Source of the DNA: Phoronis australis
Lineage: Eukaryota; Animalia; Phoronida
Assembly: GCA_002633005.1 (NCBI GenBank)
Contig: NMRA01000033.1
Span: forward strand, 463,346-527,345
Direction of reading: 5' to 3'
DNA length: 64,000 nucleotides
Shown here: one piece after another, positions 1 to 14,229 of the stretch
How positions within the stretch are numbered: position 1 is the stretch's first letter
Layout: each line of letters starts with the position of its first letter
The notes under the pieces: model-generated
What the model was told of the DNA's origin: nothing
The model's input: the letters and a program-made list of their open reading frames with translations, nothing else
Database searches by the model: none
Program-made: the position numbers and the translations under genes

Positions 1-1687
1 TTCATACAGATACGTCATTGCATTCAGTGGCAAAACCATAGTGTAATGTATCTGAAAGCAGACTATATTAAGGCTATGGTAGACATTATCAACTGATTTG
101 TGTTTTAGCTAAGAATCTACAAAACTACTAATATTAACTCAGAAAAAGTATAGATTGATTTTTGACTTTTTACCAGTCCTCCGTTGATTGTAACCATGTA
201 TTGTCAAGTAAAAAAAGAAACAAAATGTACAATGATGGCAGAACAACGGTATCAATAACACGACCAAATTTCACCAAATATAAATGTCCAAGTTGAAATC
301 TCAAAAGCGATATTACAGATTTCTAAATAATCATTCATTTACGTTTTTTGCAATGTTTGAGTTTTTTTTTGTAAAAATCATGAAAAGCCTATTTTTGAAA
401 AGACGTTCATGAAAAAATCGAGCATTTTAAAAACAATTACTAACAGCATTTTGAAAAACAGTAAAGTACAGTATGAATCCTAACAGCCATTTCTGAGATA
501 TGAAATTAGCTAAATTTGGAGCTTTTTTAGGATTCTATACAACGTGTTGTGGTGGAATGTATCAATATAAAAACTAAACATCTAAAAATATATCAAAAAC
601 ACCACTATGTTAGATAATGTCTAAGTTAATGTCTTCATGAAAATCTGTTGTAACAAATTTATAAGAATGTATATAACAGATTGATATCTTGCTTTAAAAA
701 ATACTATTTTAAATCGGAAAGACCATTTCTGCCAGACATTTTCTTGGTTCTGGGTTTGAAGTTTTTACATTCCACGCACACTGCTGGTAGTTTTCAAGGT
801 AAGATTAACTGTACTCATTAACCATGGTTCATTACACAAGCAGCACAGAGAGAGCTATTATTAAGTTGTACTCAACTTACATAGGCAGGATAATTAGTCT
901 CTGCTAAGATGAATAAAAAGTTAACAACAACTTTCCAATTGTATGTAATCGCGCTCAAAACGTCCAAAACCAAAATAGTCACAAGTGTGAGGTACGATCG
1001 TGCACTATTTGTCACCATAACAACAAAGAACGTGTCGAAAATGACCTCCAATTTCGAAATTTAAAGTTAAACCATTTCAGTTAAATCTGATACAGAGCAT
1101 GTTCTCCTATTCCAAACAAGTTTCTAGTAACCAGACATATTTATGCTTCTAAAACGGCATTGGTGTCTTTTAATCACATGTCAGAAGTGAAATTGGGTTC
1201 AATAGTTCGTCTAGGCAAATCCAACCTATAGGTATCTCGAAATTTCTAGTCTTGGATGAAACGCAGTGGCGCTTTAAAACATCTAGTTTATGCAATTAGT
1301 TTTATGACACACCAGTCACCAGCATACACAATCTCAATAAGAAATACTGTACAGAGCCTTTGTGGCGGGATCTTGGTCATTCCGTTTGTAAAGTGGGACT
1401 CTAGAGTTTTTCTCCACCAGGCTTGGTAGCGATATGTCTGTACCAGACCATAAGACATTAGCTTGCATTTGGGGCGAAAAAAGTTGCGCTCGTGAAACGG
1501 AAACAGTGGTATTAATCCCACAAATCTACGTTTCAACCGTACCGACCAATCACTTTCGTTGCCCTCCATTTTGTTAGCATAGGCTGATATAAGCTCTCTT
1601 GCATGCTCGCGAAACTTAGTGGCTCGCTTTTCACTCGGGTGATTGTGCGAGCTCATACGAGATCTTGCTTTTCTTTCACGAAACCAG

Positions 1688-1922
1688 GGACCCGTTCCAA
1701 GAAAACTGACTTAGCTTATACAAATCTTAGACTTCAGCCAATTTTAAGATAATACTTAAATTTGTCTCAAGTCTGCTTCAAGAAAGAGTTCTTAAATTTG
1801 ACGTAAGTTTTGTCTTAATTTTTACTAACTTTCCGGATGTGGAAATTTTAAAGGTTGGAAACAGAGACAACTCTTAGACTTAAATAAAAAATGAACTTAA
1901 GTCAGTTTCTTGGAACGGACTC
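1688..1922. mobile_element. PIF/Harbinger-type MITE
   Basis: TIRs ggacccgttccaagaaaactgactta / taagtcagtttcttggaacgga. Same family as 44167-44414, in the opposite orientation. Confidence 0.75.
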
Positions 1923-3244
1923 ATGGTCTACGGAAAGCTTAATGTATCCTCGTTTTTCCCTCCAACGCACAGTTGCCTTCGTGTTAGCCGAAAATACAAT
2001 CAAGTTCCCGACTGTAATGACTTCCCAGAAAGTCATTTGAGTTGATTAACCTAATGGATGTGGTAACTTTTTCATTTAAAAAGGCTACAGTTATTACATA
2101 AAGCGCAGTTTGTGTGGTTCTTGTTTGGTGAATTAATCAAAGTATAAGCAGTATCAAACGAAGTCAATTGTGTGTGTAGTCTACTGCACAGACCCTCGAA
2201 ATATTGGTTGACGTCAGCTTGTGAGGCCCGGGAACCAGGTTAGTGTATAGTTCATTGTGAGCCCATCCCTAAACTTACCACATTACAGGTACACTAAACA
2301 TTTCACGTGTCATTAAAGTTTAATCTTTATTAGAACTCAAATCATAAAATATATACAAAAGTGCAAATATGGTGATAACCAAACTGAAGATTTCAGTTGA
2401 AGTCTCTGGACAATTTCGGTGGCACTGGCTATATACTAGCTCTTTGCCAGTAATAAAAAATGAGAAGTGGACACAACATCTGTTTCCTGGTCAAAAATCT
2501 GGTTAAACGAGATTGAAAGAATATTAAAAAATGAATACATGTGATATTGTTAAGTCTGATCAGCGTTTGTACATCCACCGAGTATATCAATACGCGCGGT
2601 AGTTTACCTTCAATCGTACCCAATGGCTGTAGGTTTTAGATTATTAGTTCATCGATTTTTAAAAATCGAAAACCGTACTTGGTTGTTTTTTCCAGCTGAC
2701 TACCGCCGTGGTGTTCGTTTATAACGAAAATTAGTGGTTAATGCATTTTGAAAATTCGCCATTATTTACAGTCAGAGATGTCTTATACAGTTTATGGTCG
2801 GATAATTATATTTAACTGGGTCTTTCTCGCATCGGGCAATGTGGTCATCACAATTGTACCTGATTCCGGTCCCGCACTCTCTTTGATCCTGGTACAAGCC
2901 GCTCACTGAGAAGGACGAGCGGTGAAAATTCCCGCATATCTTTAGAAATGCGTGACTTCCTTGTAAGCGCATTATTCACGGTATGCACATTGCTTTTATA
3001 TCCCTTGTAACCATTATTAACAGGAATTGTGAATTTTTAGGAAAACATTACCCTCTTGGTTCTCAAAAGAACCGGTCGTAGCAATGAAAAGACTTGAGGA
3101 CGCGTAGAAACGGGCTAAACGCAGACACGGAGACACTATGTGAATCGCTCCAGACATAATTATCAACTTTCAAACTTTCAACTCTCCCTTGTAAGTAAAC
3201 CCACGCCTTCATTTAAAAAATAACTTTGATTTAGGCCGCTACCC

Positions 3245-3372
3245 AGGGACGGAACCAGGATTTTTAAAAAGGAGAGATCCAAGTCAACAATTTGAAAATT
3301 CTGAATAAATACCAATAACATCAAAGGGAAAAGGGAGTCCGGACCCCCTTGACCCCCCTGGATCCGTCTATG
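3245..3372. mobile_element. Short hAT-like MITE (second copy ~8050-8177)
   Basis: cagggacggaaccagg ... cctggatccgtctatg imperfect TIRs with CA..TG ends. Confidence 0.5.
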
Positions 3373-6226
3373 CTACACTGTTGCAAAATCGGTCTCATCT
3401 TGTTCCTTACTCAAATTAGAAATGATTTACAGACTTTAGGAGAATTACAACCAGTTCCAGACCAGTCGATCATATGACTTTACTTTCAGTCGGCAGGTGG
3501 TCTTCAGGGGAGTCTTGCGATAATTATCGTCACCAATTTGTATTCAAACAAGGGATACTGACGTGGTGGTATTTTGGAAGCTCAAGCAAGCCTATGAAGA
3601 AAGTTGATAGTTTGAACACCATAACATGGTTATATGTAGTGGCTTTATGTAAATTACTAGTAGCTTTGCAGCATGACATGCTTTACGCACATTTTTAAAA
3701 ACCTTATTTTCAGCTAACTCGAATTGTATGACCGATCTGATCTGACAGTATCCTGGGTGGGAAGGGGGTTGTTCCCGCCTTCCGCCCAAGCACTGTCCCA
3801 GAGTGTCTTCAAGAACCTCTTTTAGTAGTATCCTTTGTTGTGATTTTCAACCGATCCTTGCCATTCATGGATAGAATAGAGCACTGCTTGCTGGAACAGC
3901 TGAGCCGTTCCCCCATACACCCTCCCCGGGTCACTGTCAATTTCTAAGTAAACTTTCCGCCATCGATAGGCGTGCGGACTTTGCTGTCTGAAGACAGCCA
4001 CCAATACCTGGAGTATCCGACTAACGTGTTTCAAGGGTCAGTTTTCTGACCTGAACACGTTGGGCGCGTAAAACGTTTAGGGTATTATTTTGAGCTTGAT
4101 GGGAGTATTTTTATGAAATTTATTTTATTAGAGTGCAGAAATATACTGCCACGGTCAATCTCTAGGGGGTAAAAAGTACGCCAGAAACTCCTACAGCAGG
4201 CTGCAGTGCAAATCCGGGGGCAGTTCCGCAGTCTCTGGTACCGTTGTTGCTTCTAACTGTCATAAAATAGTCGACGAATCAGTCGGCTTTTGAAGATAAA
4301 CAAACATGTCAGTGAAAAACCAATGTGCCCTTGACAGAAAAATATAACCTTGACATTTTGAATCGTCAAATGGAAACAACATAAAAATTGAAGATACCCA
4401 CAGCACCTCGACCGTCATTTGCGTTAACTGTAGATTTCGTAATTTCGTAATTTTTAAGCGATTCCTGAAGGCCTGCGCACAGAAACTTGATGGGCAACCG
4501 GGAGAGTGTGGGAGACTGGAGTGGGCATCGTGTGAACATGAATAATGGTTCATTCCAGTCTGTGGATAGCCTGTGACGCTTTACGAACTGAACTAAACTT
4601 GCACTCCAAAAAATTGTCAAATTTGTTTGCGATTGCCAGCACGTGTACTTCTAGCACATTAATCCGTTAGACACCGCACACGGCCATGAAAACAATCACA
4701 CAAACCAACAGTCTGGTCAACTCGTTTCCAGCAATGCTTTCCTTTTAATAAATGAAGACACAAGAAAAATGGTGATCGTAGATTAACGGGCCCTTATGAA
4801 AGATAATATGGTGACAAGAAATTAGCAGAGAACGTATTCAACTGCGCTTAGACGACCAATACTGCAAAAGACGGGGGCCTCTAAACAAAAATGTCCTAAA
4901 CAATTAAGCCCCTGCGTATGTCGATTGCTCCGATTTCACCCTGACACCCGCAAATTATTGGGCAGGGTACGTGACTTCCGGCTCGGTCGCTTGCTTCCAG
5001 TACGGTTATGCGACCGGAGACGGTGCGAAATTGGTTGCGACGGCAGGGTGGGGGATGTCTGGCACCGTTAGCGTTCTGCCCGGCCGGCGGTAACACTGGC
5101 TACGCCACTATCGAGCACAACACCAAGATACTCTTCACGACTACATCGACCCACCTTGCGCTGTAAGCGATATCCGAAAGTTGAATTGTCTCAATATTTC
5201 GATGACCCCATACCTTGATAGACAGACAGTTGTTGCAACATCTAAATTATTCAATCGGTGTCGTCTAGATATACAGGAGAAGCGTGCCGTGTGATCTTTC
5301 TAGATGTTACTTACTGCGAGAGTCTTAACGACTACCTTTTGATCGCGTAAATTGATTTTCACTGTGACAAGCACGGATAATTACGTGTTTGTTACTCAGC
5401 GGGATCAGAAACGAGATATTAGCGGAAATAAGTAGACAGGCGCATAAAATCGACCCAATCAACTGCATACAGAAATGACGCCTGCTATACGACATGAAAA
5501 ATTCTCATACGCGGATTTACTGAGCACAGTTGTCAAGGTTTTACCAAGGATTAAAAACTCGAAGTTGTTACGCTACAGGTCACATTTGTTGTTTGCATGA
5601 CATCAAATTTGCGCACAATTGGCAACCCAGTCTAAACTTGATTTCTCCTGCTCATTAGATACGAAGTTCGCCTATTCCCGTCGGCGTGTGACGTTATCAA
5701 AGTTCAATACTTGCATATAGTCAAAGATACTATAAAATCTTTGATATAGTACATAGAGAATCCTACACGAGTCTCAGGTTTATGACATGGGCCAAACCTC
5801 TTGGAAATTTCGTCAAAATTCCGAGGGTTGCCGAGTTTGTTTACATCGTCTGTGCCATTGGTGGCCGGGGCCAGTGTTGGAGTTGTCGGCTTTAACGCCA
5901 ACGGCGTTGTCGTGGGAGTTTCCCCGATCCATTGTCCAACAAAAAGTCGATTGCTGTATATTTGGCGAAGTCGTCTTCGATGTCGTCCTTGGAATCACCA
6001 TTACAAGCATGAAGGTTGTCATCTCTAAAGACCGTGATCGTCCTTTGTGCCATTACCTTTGTAGTAGTTTACTTCTTCAATCGATTTCACCAAGTGTCGC
6101 TCTCATTTACTTTTTTATTTTCGAAGCATATCAACTTTTGTAGGCCTACCCAAAAGAAAATAGTTTTTCTTCGAAATTGCAATGGTCCCCTCGCAAACAG
6201 CCCACTGCAGTAATATTGGGAGCCAT

Positions 6227-6811
6227 CCCTTACAAAAATGAACTTAAGTTTTTCGCTGAAAACTTAAGTTTTTGGCGAAAAAACTTAAGTTTTTGGAACA
6301 TAACTTAAGTTTTAGAGGAAAAACTTAAGTTCTTCGGAAAAACTTAAGTTTTTAAAAGAAACTTAAGATTTTAAAACTTAAGTTTTTCGCCAAAAACTTA
6401 AGTTTTTCAGCACAATGTTAAGTTTTTCAGAAAACATAAGTTTTTCAGAAAACTTAAGTTTTTTCAGGTGTAAAACTTAAGTTTTCACAAATAAACTTAA
6501 GTTTCAAGTAATAACTTAAGTTTTCATGAAAACTTAAGTTTTTTGAACTAACAAAACTTAAGTTTTTCTGATAACTTAAGTTTATCACAAAACTTAAGTT
6601 TTTGTAATTTTAAAAACTTAAGTTTTCCTGACTTCTTAAGTTTTTCGAAAACTTTAGTTTTTCCAATTATAGAAACTTAAGTTTTCCTGACTTCTTAAGT
6701 TTTTCAAAAAACTGGATTCTTTCATGTGTGGAAAACTTGAATTTTCTAAAAACTGTAAGGTTTCTATGTGATGAAAATTTACGTTTTCAAGTTTTTAAAA
6801 TTTGAATGTAG
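6227..6811. mobile_element. Non-autonomous DNA transposon end (CCC terminus) with a dense subterminal array of palindromic AAACTTAAGTTT motifs; EnSpm/CACTA-like; truncated by gap
   Basis: Starts CCCTTACAAAAA exactly where the two duplicated copies diverge, and copy 2 has the empty site at 11098. About 20 aacttaagtt-type motifs occur at irregular 18-25 bp spacing. Superfamily is inferred from the terminus and subterminal repeats. Confidence 0.65.
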
Positions 6812-9800
6812 NNNNNNNNNNNNNNNNNNNNNNNNNNNNNNNNNNNNNNNNNNNNNNNNNNNNNNNNNNNNNNNNNNNNNNNNNNNNNNNNNNNNNNNNN
6901 NNNNNNNNNNNNNNNNNNNNNNNNNNNNNNNNNNNNNNNNNNNNNNNNNNNNNNNNNNNNNNNNNNNNNNNNNNNNNNNNNNNNNNNNNNNNNNNNNNNN
7001 NNNNNNNNNNNNNNNNNNNNNNNNNNNNNNNNNNNNNNNNNNNNNNNNNNNNNNNNNNNNNNNNNNNNNNNNNNNNNNNNNNNNNNNNNNNNNNNNNNNN
7101 NNNNNNNNNNNNNNNNNNNNNNNNNNNNNNNNNNNNNNNNNNNNNNNNNNNNNNNNNNNNNNNNNNNNNNNNNNNNNNNNNNNNNNNNNNNNNNNNNNNN
7201 NNNNNNNNNNNNNNNNNNNNNNNNNNNNNNNNNNNNNNNNNNNNNNNNNNNNNNNNNNNNNNNNNNNNNNNNNNNNNNNNNNNNNNNNNNNNNNNNNNNN
7301 NNNNNNNNNNNNNNNNNNNNNNNNNNNNNNNNNNNNNNNNNNNNNNNNNNNNNNNNNNNNNNNNNNNNNNNNNNNNNNNNNNNNNNNNNNNNNNNNNNNN
7401 NNNNNNNNNNNNNNNNNNNNNNNNNNNNNNNNNNNNNNNNNNNNNNNNNNNNNNNNNNNNNNNNNNNNNNNNNNNNNNCCGTACTTGGTTGTTTTTTCCA
7501 GCTGACTACCGCCGTGGTGTTCGTTTATAACGAAAATTAGTGGTTAATGCATTTTGAAAATTCGCCATTATTTACAGTCAGAGATGTCTTATACAGTTTA
7601 TGGTCGGATAATTATATTTAACTGGGTCTTTCTCGCATCGGGCAATGTGGTCATCACAATTGTACCTGATTCCGGTCCCGCACTCTCTTTGATCCTGGTA
7701 CAAGCCGCTCACTGAGAAGGACGAGCGGTGAAAATTCCCGCATATCTTTAGAAATGCGTGACTTCCTTGTAAGCGCATTATTCACGGTATGCACATTGCT
7801 TTTATATCCCTTGTAACCATTATTAACAGGAATTGTGAATTTTTAGGAAAACATTACCCTCTTGGTTCTCAACAGAACCGGTCGTAGCAATGAAAAGACT
7901 TGAGGACACGTAGAAACGGGCTAAACGCAGACACGGAGACACTATGTGAATCGCTCCAGACATAATTATTAACTTTCAAACTTTCAACTCTCCCTTGTAA
8001 GTAAACCCACGCCTTCATTTAAAAAATAACTTTGATTTAGGCCGCTACCCAGGGACGGAACCAGGATTTTTAAAAAGGAGAGATCCAAGTCAACTATTTG
8101 AAAATTCTGAATAAATAGCAATAACATCAAAGGGAAAAGGGAGTCTGGACCCCTTGATCCCCCTGGATCCGTCTATGCTACACTGTTGCGAAATCGGTCT
8201 CATCTTGTTCCTTACTCAAATTAGAAATGATTTACAGACTTTAGGAGAATTACAACCAGTTCCATACCAGTCGATCACATATTGACTTTACTTTCAGTCG
8301 GCAGGTGGTCTTCAGGGGAGTCTTGTGATAATTATCGTCACCAATTTGTATTCAAACAAAAGATATGGACGTGGTGGTATTTTGGAAGCTCAAGCAAGAA
8401 GAAAGTTGATAGTTTGAACACCATAACATGGTTATATCATGTAGCGGCTTTATGTAAATTACTAGTAGCTTTGCAGCACCACTTGACATTTAGCCTATAT
8501 ATATATATATATATATATGGTCCCTAAATAGCAACGTTGGCACTATAGTTGTCACTGGTCTGGCTGTAGTTACCTTGTCAACATATCAGGTTTGTGACAT
8601 CATGCTTTACGCACATTTTTAAAAACCTTGTTTTCAGGTAACTCAAATTGTATGACAGGATCCTGGGTGGGAAGGGGGTTGTTCCCGCCTTCCGTCCAAG
8701 CACTGTCCCAGAGTGTCTTCAAGAACCTCTTTTAGTAGTATCCTTTGTTGTGATTTTCAACCGATCCTTGCCATTCATGGATAGAATAGAGCACTGCTTG
8801 CTGGAACAGCTGAACCGTTCCCCATACACCCTCCCCGGGTCACTGTCGATTTTTAACTTTCCGCCATCGATATAGGCGTGCGGACTTTGCTGTCTGAAGA
8901 CAGCCACCAATACCTGGAGTATCCGACTAACGTGTTTCAAGGGTCAGTTTTCTGACCTGAACACGTTACGCGCGTAAAACGTTTAGGGTATTATTTTGAG
9001 CTTGAAGGGAGTATTTTTATGAAATTTATTTTATTAGAGTGCAGAAATATACTGCCACGGTCAATCTCTAGGGGGTAAAAAGTACGCCAGAAACTCCTAC
9101 AGCAGGCTGCAGTGCAAATCCGGGGGCAGTTCCGCAGCCTCTGGTACCGTTGTTGCTTCTAACTGTCATAAAATAGTCGACGAATCAGTCGACTTTTGAA
9201 GATAAACAAAGATGTCCGTGAAAAACCAATGTGCCCTTGACAGAAAAATATAACCTTGACATTTTGAATCGTCAAATGGAAACAACATAAAAATTGAAGA
9301 CACCCACAGCGCCTCGTCATTTGCGTTAACTGTAGATTTCGTAATTTCTTAATTTTTAAGCGATTCCTGAAGGCATGCGCACAGAAACTTGATGGGCAAC
9401 CGGGAGAGTGTGGGAAACGGGGCATCGTGTGAACATTATGGTTCATTCCAGTGGATAGCTTGTGACGCTTTACGAATTGAACTAAACTTGCACTCCAAAA
9501 AATTGTCAACTTTGTTTGCGATTACCAGCACGTGTACTTCTAGCACATTCATCCGTTAGACACCGCACACGGCCATGAAAACAATCACACAAACCAACAG
9601 TCTGGTCAACTCGTTTCCAGCAATGCTTTCCTTTTAATAATTAAATCAAGACACAAGAAAAATGGTGATCGTAGATTACAGGCCCTTATGAAAGATAATA
9701 TGGTGACAAGAAATTAGCAGAGAACGTATTCAACTGCGCTTAGACGACCAATACTGCAAAAGATGGGGGCCTCTAAACAAAAATGTCCTAAACAATTAAG

Positions 9801-12800
9801 CCCCTGCGTATGTCGATTGCTCCGATTTCACCCTGACACCCGCAAACTATTGGGCAGGGTACGTGGCGGTCGGCTCGGTCGCTTGCTTCCAGTACGGTTA
9901 TGCGACCGGAGACGGTGCGAAATTGGTTGCGACGGCGGGGTGGGGGATGTCTGGCACCGTTAGCGTTCTGTCCGGCCGGCGGTAACACCGGCTACGCCAC
10001 TATCGAGCACAACACCAAGATACTCTTCACGACTACACCGACCCACCTTGCGCTGTAAGCGATATCCGAAAGTTGAATTGCCTCAATATTTCGATGACCC
10101 CATACCTTGATAGTCAGACAGTTGTTGCAACATCTAAATTATTCAATCGGTGTCGACTAGATATACAGGAGAAGCGTGCCGTGTGATCTTTCTAGATGTT
10201 ACTTACTGCGAGAGTCTTAACGACTACCTTTTGATCGCGTAAATTGATTTTCACTGTGACAAGCACGGATAATTACGTGTTTGTTACTCAGCGGGATCAG
10301 AAACGAGATATTAGCGGAAATAAGTAGACAGGCGCATAAAATCGACCCAATCAACTGCATACAGAAATGACGTCTGCTATACGACATGAAAAATTCTCAT
10401 ACGCGGATTTATTGAGCACAGTTGCCAAGGTTTTACCAAGGATTAAAAACTCGAAGTTAGTGTTACGCTACAGGTCACATTTGTTGTTTGCATGACATCA
10501 AATTTGCGCACAATGATTTGCAACCCAGTCTAAACTTGATATCTCTTGCTCATTCGATACGAAGTTCGCCTATTCCCGTGTGACGTTATCATGTTCAATA
10601 CTTGCATATAGTCAAAGACACTATAAAATCTTTGATATAGTACATAGAGAATCCTACACGAGTCTCGGGTTTATGACATGGCCAAACCTCTTGGAAATTT
10701 CGTCAAAATTCCGAGGGTTGCCGAGTTTGTTTACATCGTCTGTGTCATTGGTGGGGCCAGTGTTGGAGTTGTCAGCTTTAACACGAACGGGAGTTTCCCC
10801 GATCCAATGTCCAACAAAAAGATTGCTGTGTATTTGTCGAAGTCGTCTTCGATGTCGTCCTTGGAATCACCATTACAAGCATGAAGGTTGTCATCTCTAA
10901 AGACCGTGATCGTCCTTTGTGTCATTACCTTTGTAGTAGTTTACTTCTTCAATCGATTTTACCAAGTGTCGCTCTCATTTACTTTTTTATTTTCGAAGCA
11001 TATCAACTTTTGTAGGCCTACCCAAAAGAAAATAGTTTGTCTTCGAAATTGCAATGGTCGCCTCGCAAACAGCCCACTGCAGTAATATTGGGAGCCATAC
11101 AAAAGTTGTTATTTGAAAGATGCCTGAGAGGATTTCCCTTGCACTAAACTTTTACACTAAAATGTTGAAATTCCGTCCATGGGCTTATAGTTTGCAAAGT
11201 ATATCTAACCAAAGATAGCATATGGCGTTTTGCTGGTAAGACGAGCAATTTAAGTTATCCTACGATCTGAAGGTGAAAGTGGGAGAGCATGTTCAAGGCG
11301 CGGCATCTTTGAAAGCGCTAATCTCACAATGGACCCGGGCTTGTGAACCGCCCGGGGAAAGCGAGAAAGCATAGGCCTACAAATCTAAATGGTAACACCG
11401 GTGATTATTTCCGAACAGAGCTCCCGTGTGACACCTCGGCAATCCTCTTCTCAGGATTCACAGTTGCATAAAAAATTGAAGCGACCGGGGTACAACAGGT
11501 GTAATTCTGCTCAACATCAGTGTAACACTGAGCCCAGCATGCGAAAGTATGTAATTTTTCTCTCTTTAGAAGGGCTGAACAGCGTATACTACAGAACTGA
11601 AATGTGATGCCGTTTACTTCAAACTGACACATGTCAGTATTAACATACAATTTTCCTACCCCTAGGAATTAAAAAGAGACCAGTACAAGTTCGGTGAACA
11701 GTGTGTCAAGCGCAATATTCAAGTTTGCCCACAACGAAATACCCAACAAAAAACAGCAATGTTACGAACAACTGTTTGTATGATAGACTGATAAAATTCA
11801 AAATTTTGACACGTGTATCCAGTCAGCCCATTGTCCAGTGTACGCCGGCATACCGAAATTTTGAGACGTTAGGTTTGCCTTCACCGCTAGTGGCATGAGG
11901 GGCAAACAACATGCTCCCCGAAAACCGTACACATGGCCCTTGCTCAAGGACAACTAAAACAAAACAAGAAATTTTCAATTTCGTACAAGTCATTAGCAGA
12001 CGAAAGAATATACCTAGAATAACCCTGGGTATTAGTATAACACCTGACGTAGAAGTGAGAATCTCGTGAAAACGCAAGAACACGCCACACCTCGCGAGAT
12101 ATTAACTTCAGTTGCGTCTATGGAAAGCAGTCCAGGGTAGAGTTCCAACGCTAGGACCTCGCGAGGTCCTACCTCGGGAAAAAGCAATTTGGTGTATCTC
12201 TTATGACCTTTTACCTGACTATGAAATAACGGTGTTTTATGAAAAAGGCTGTAGTCAAAATACAAGTCACAGAACGACTGATATGATTTACGACGAAGTT
12301 AATTGCTTCCAGTCGTGGTTTCTGAAACCTTGGCCTAGGTTTCAAACATTAAGTGGACTTAGGGAACCTTTAAGTGGACCACATGAGTTTGAAATGTTTA
12401 GTAAATGTCTACCATTGTGAGTCATCGAAATGAAGTGGTCATAGTCCTATTAAAGGAACAATTTCTTATTTTTGCTCATTAAGTCTATCTAAAATTCAAA
12501 CAATGAATGGGGTTAGTAAAAGACATTACTAGTTATCCACACTATTTTAATGACAAAAATTGATTCTCCTCCCCACTGACATTGGCCAGACATATTCACT
12601 GATTCGGAACACAAAGTAAAAGAATTTGCAAATGAGTAACAGATCTCAATAGCTATCATGGCAATTAAAGTGGAACTTTTAAACGATTTATTTCGTACCG
12701 TAGGGCAGGGCACTAGAGTCTGGGATAGTGATCAGCGCTCTCGTGCCGTATGTCAATCAGTACGTGAAGTTCCGGCCCACACTAAACTTTACTAAGAGAA

Positions 12801-14229
12801 GCCAGACAACAAGTAATGTGTTGCGTACGGGATGTTTACTGTTTCAAACTTTAGATGCCATAAAATTATGTACTTCTTGAATTTATCAAGCAACTCAATG
12901 CAGAGGATCATCAAATCAAGACAAAGTAATGTTTTGAGTCTGGTACGAACAGGATTTTTGTGGCACAATTAAAGCCTTCGACTCTGCCAAAATGCCGATC
13001 CTAAAAGACGAAAATCAAATTAGACCTTTTCCGCACCAGTGCCCTAAAACCCGAAGACGGCCTAATAATTAATATTCGATACCTAATAGGATTCTCTTCC
13101 GTTGCCAACAGCAGCGTGGTAGAAATCATCAGCAACTCAAGAAACTTCTAATCAGTGTTTATTGGGGTTGGCCCGGCAACCCTAATTTTTGTGAATTCCG
13201 AGAAATGGCATGAGTGAGTGGGTGAAGGCCTATGCCCAGTTTTAATTGATAATACCTCGAGCTTGTTGGAAAAATATGAAACCAGTCAAGAGTTTTAAAT
13301 GATAATTTTGTGTATTTTTAGAGGGTTTAAATAAACTCCTTACTGACAATGGGAAATCATGAGTTTTACTGGAACCCAGTTAAAGATACCTCATCGTTGA
13401 TAGTCTAGCCCGCAGTTCAGAAAACACACACTAGATTCAAATTAAACGGAGTCTGGGTTCGAGACTATTGCATTTGCCTTATCGACAGGTGTCGTTCGTA
13501 GCGTCACTTCCTTTGAAACATTTGCTTTTCAACATGGTGAGTAAACGTTGTTAAATTTCCACACTTTTCAACCGATTGTGAAATGACTAAGGTTTTAAAT
13601 GAAATATTGAAGGTCTCTATGTTACTGGGATTACCTAATGTAGTGAATAGTTGAAATTTCGTTCGGATTTCTGCTGGAATAATATGTTTTAGGCGAAATA
13701 AGTTATAGCACCGTTGACACGTCATCAACTCCCCCGGCCCAAACCAACGACTAAGTCTAAGACAGTAATAAATGTCACTACTACTCGAGTATAACCATTC
13801 TTGATTTTTGAGAGCCAGGCAATCACTAAATAATGGTTCTGTAGTTCAGTGAATGAAACAAAACTGATTCTCGAGATGAGGAACTACTGTATTCGACCAG
13901 CAATAAAGCAGGCTTAGCCTTAGGCAACACGTAGCCCCTCGCCGGTTGGCCGGTTAAGAGCTACAATACTTCCCATCAATTTCTGTACGAATTTCGTTCC
14001 ATGTATTTTCAGTGGGCGGTAGGCCAAATCCAGTCACCGATGTAGAGTTTTCACCTTGTCAAAAATACATTCCACACTTAAAAATAACACTTAAAAAAGT
14101 GCTCACTTTCTTCAGACTGTCCTTTCTACTTCTACACATATCTTCAATGAAGCTTAGTTACGAGAATTAAGGTGACTTTGGTGAAGAATTCCTACTCCAC
14201 CTTTTTGGTCACCGTTGATGTTTTCACCA

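Larger units (their letters stand above)
2673..11098. repeat. Tandem near-identical duplication (2673-6226 and 7479-11098) split by an N gap; probably uncollapsed haplotypes
   Basis: Sequence after the gap (ccgtacttggttg at 7479) restarts the sequence at 2673 and stays collinear, with scattered SNPs and indels, to gggagccat at 6226/11098. Confidence 0.92.

Noticed and set aside
6240-6740. CRISPR-like array of AAACTTAAGTTT with variable spacers
   Set aside because: The repeat is only ~12 bp with 6-12 bp low-complexity spacers; it fits transposon subterminal repeats.
6768-7530. Long ORFs spanning N runs (also 17787-18311 and 39154-40065)
   Set aside because: Their length comes from unresolved N bases.
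2673-11098. True segmental duplication with duplicated small genes (e.g. 2772-2972/7578-7778, 6016-6213/10888-11085)
   Set aside because: The gap-flanking geometry indicates haplotype redundancy. The ORFs are short, mostly lack ATG starts, and have no recognisable domain or splice structure.
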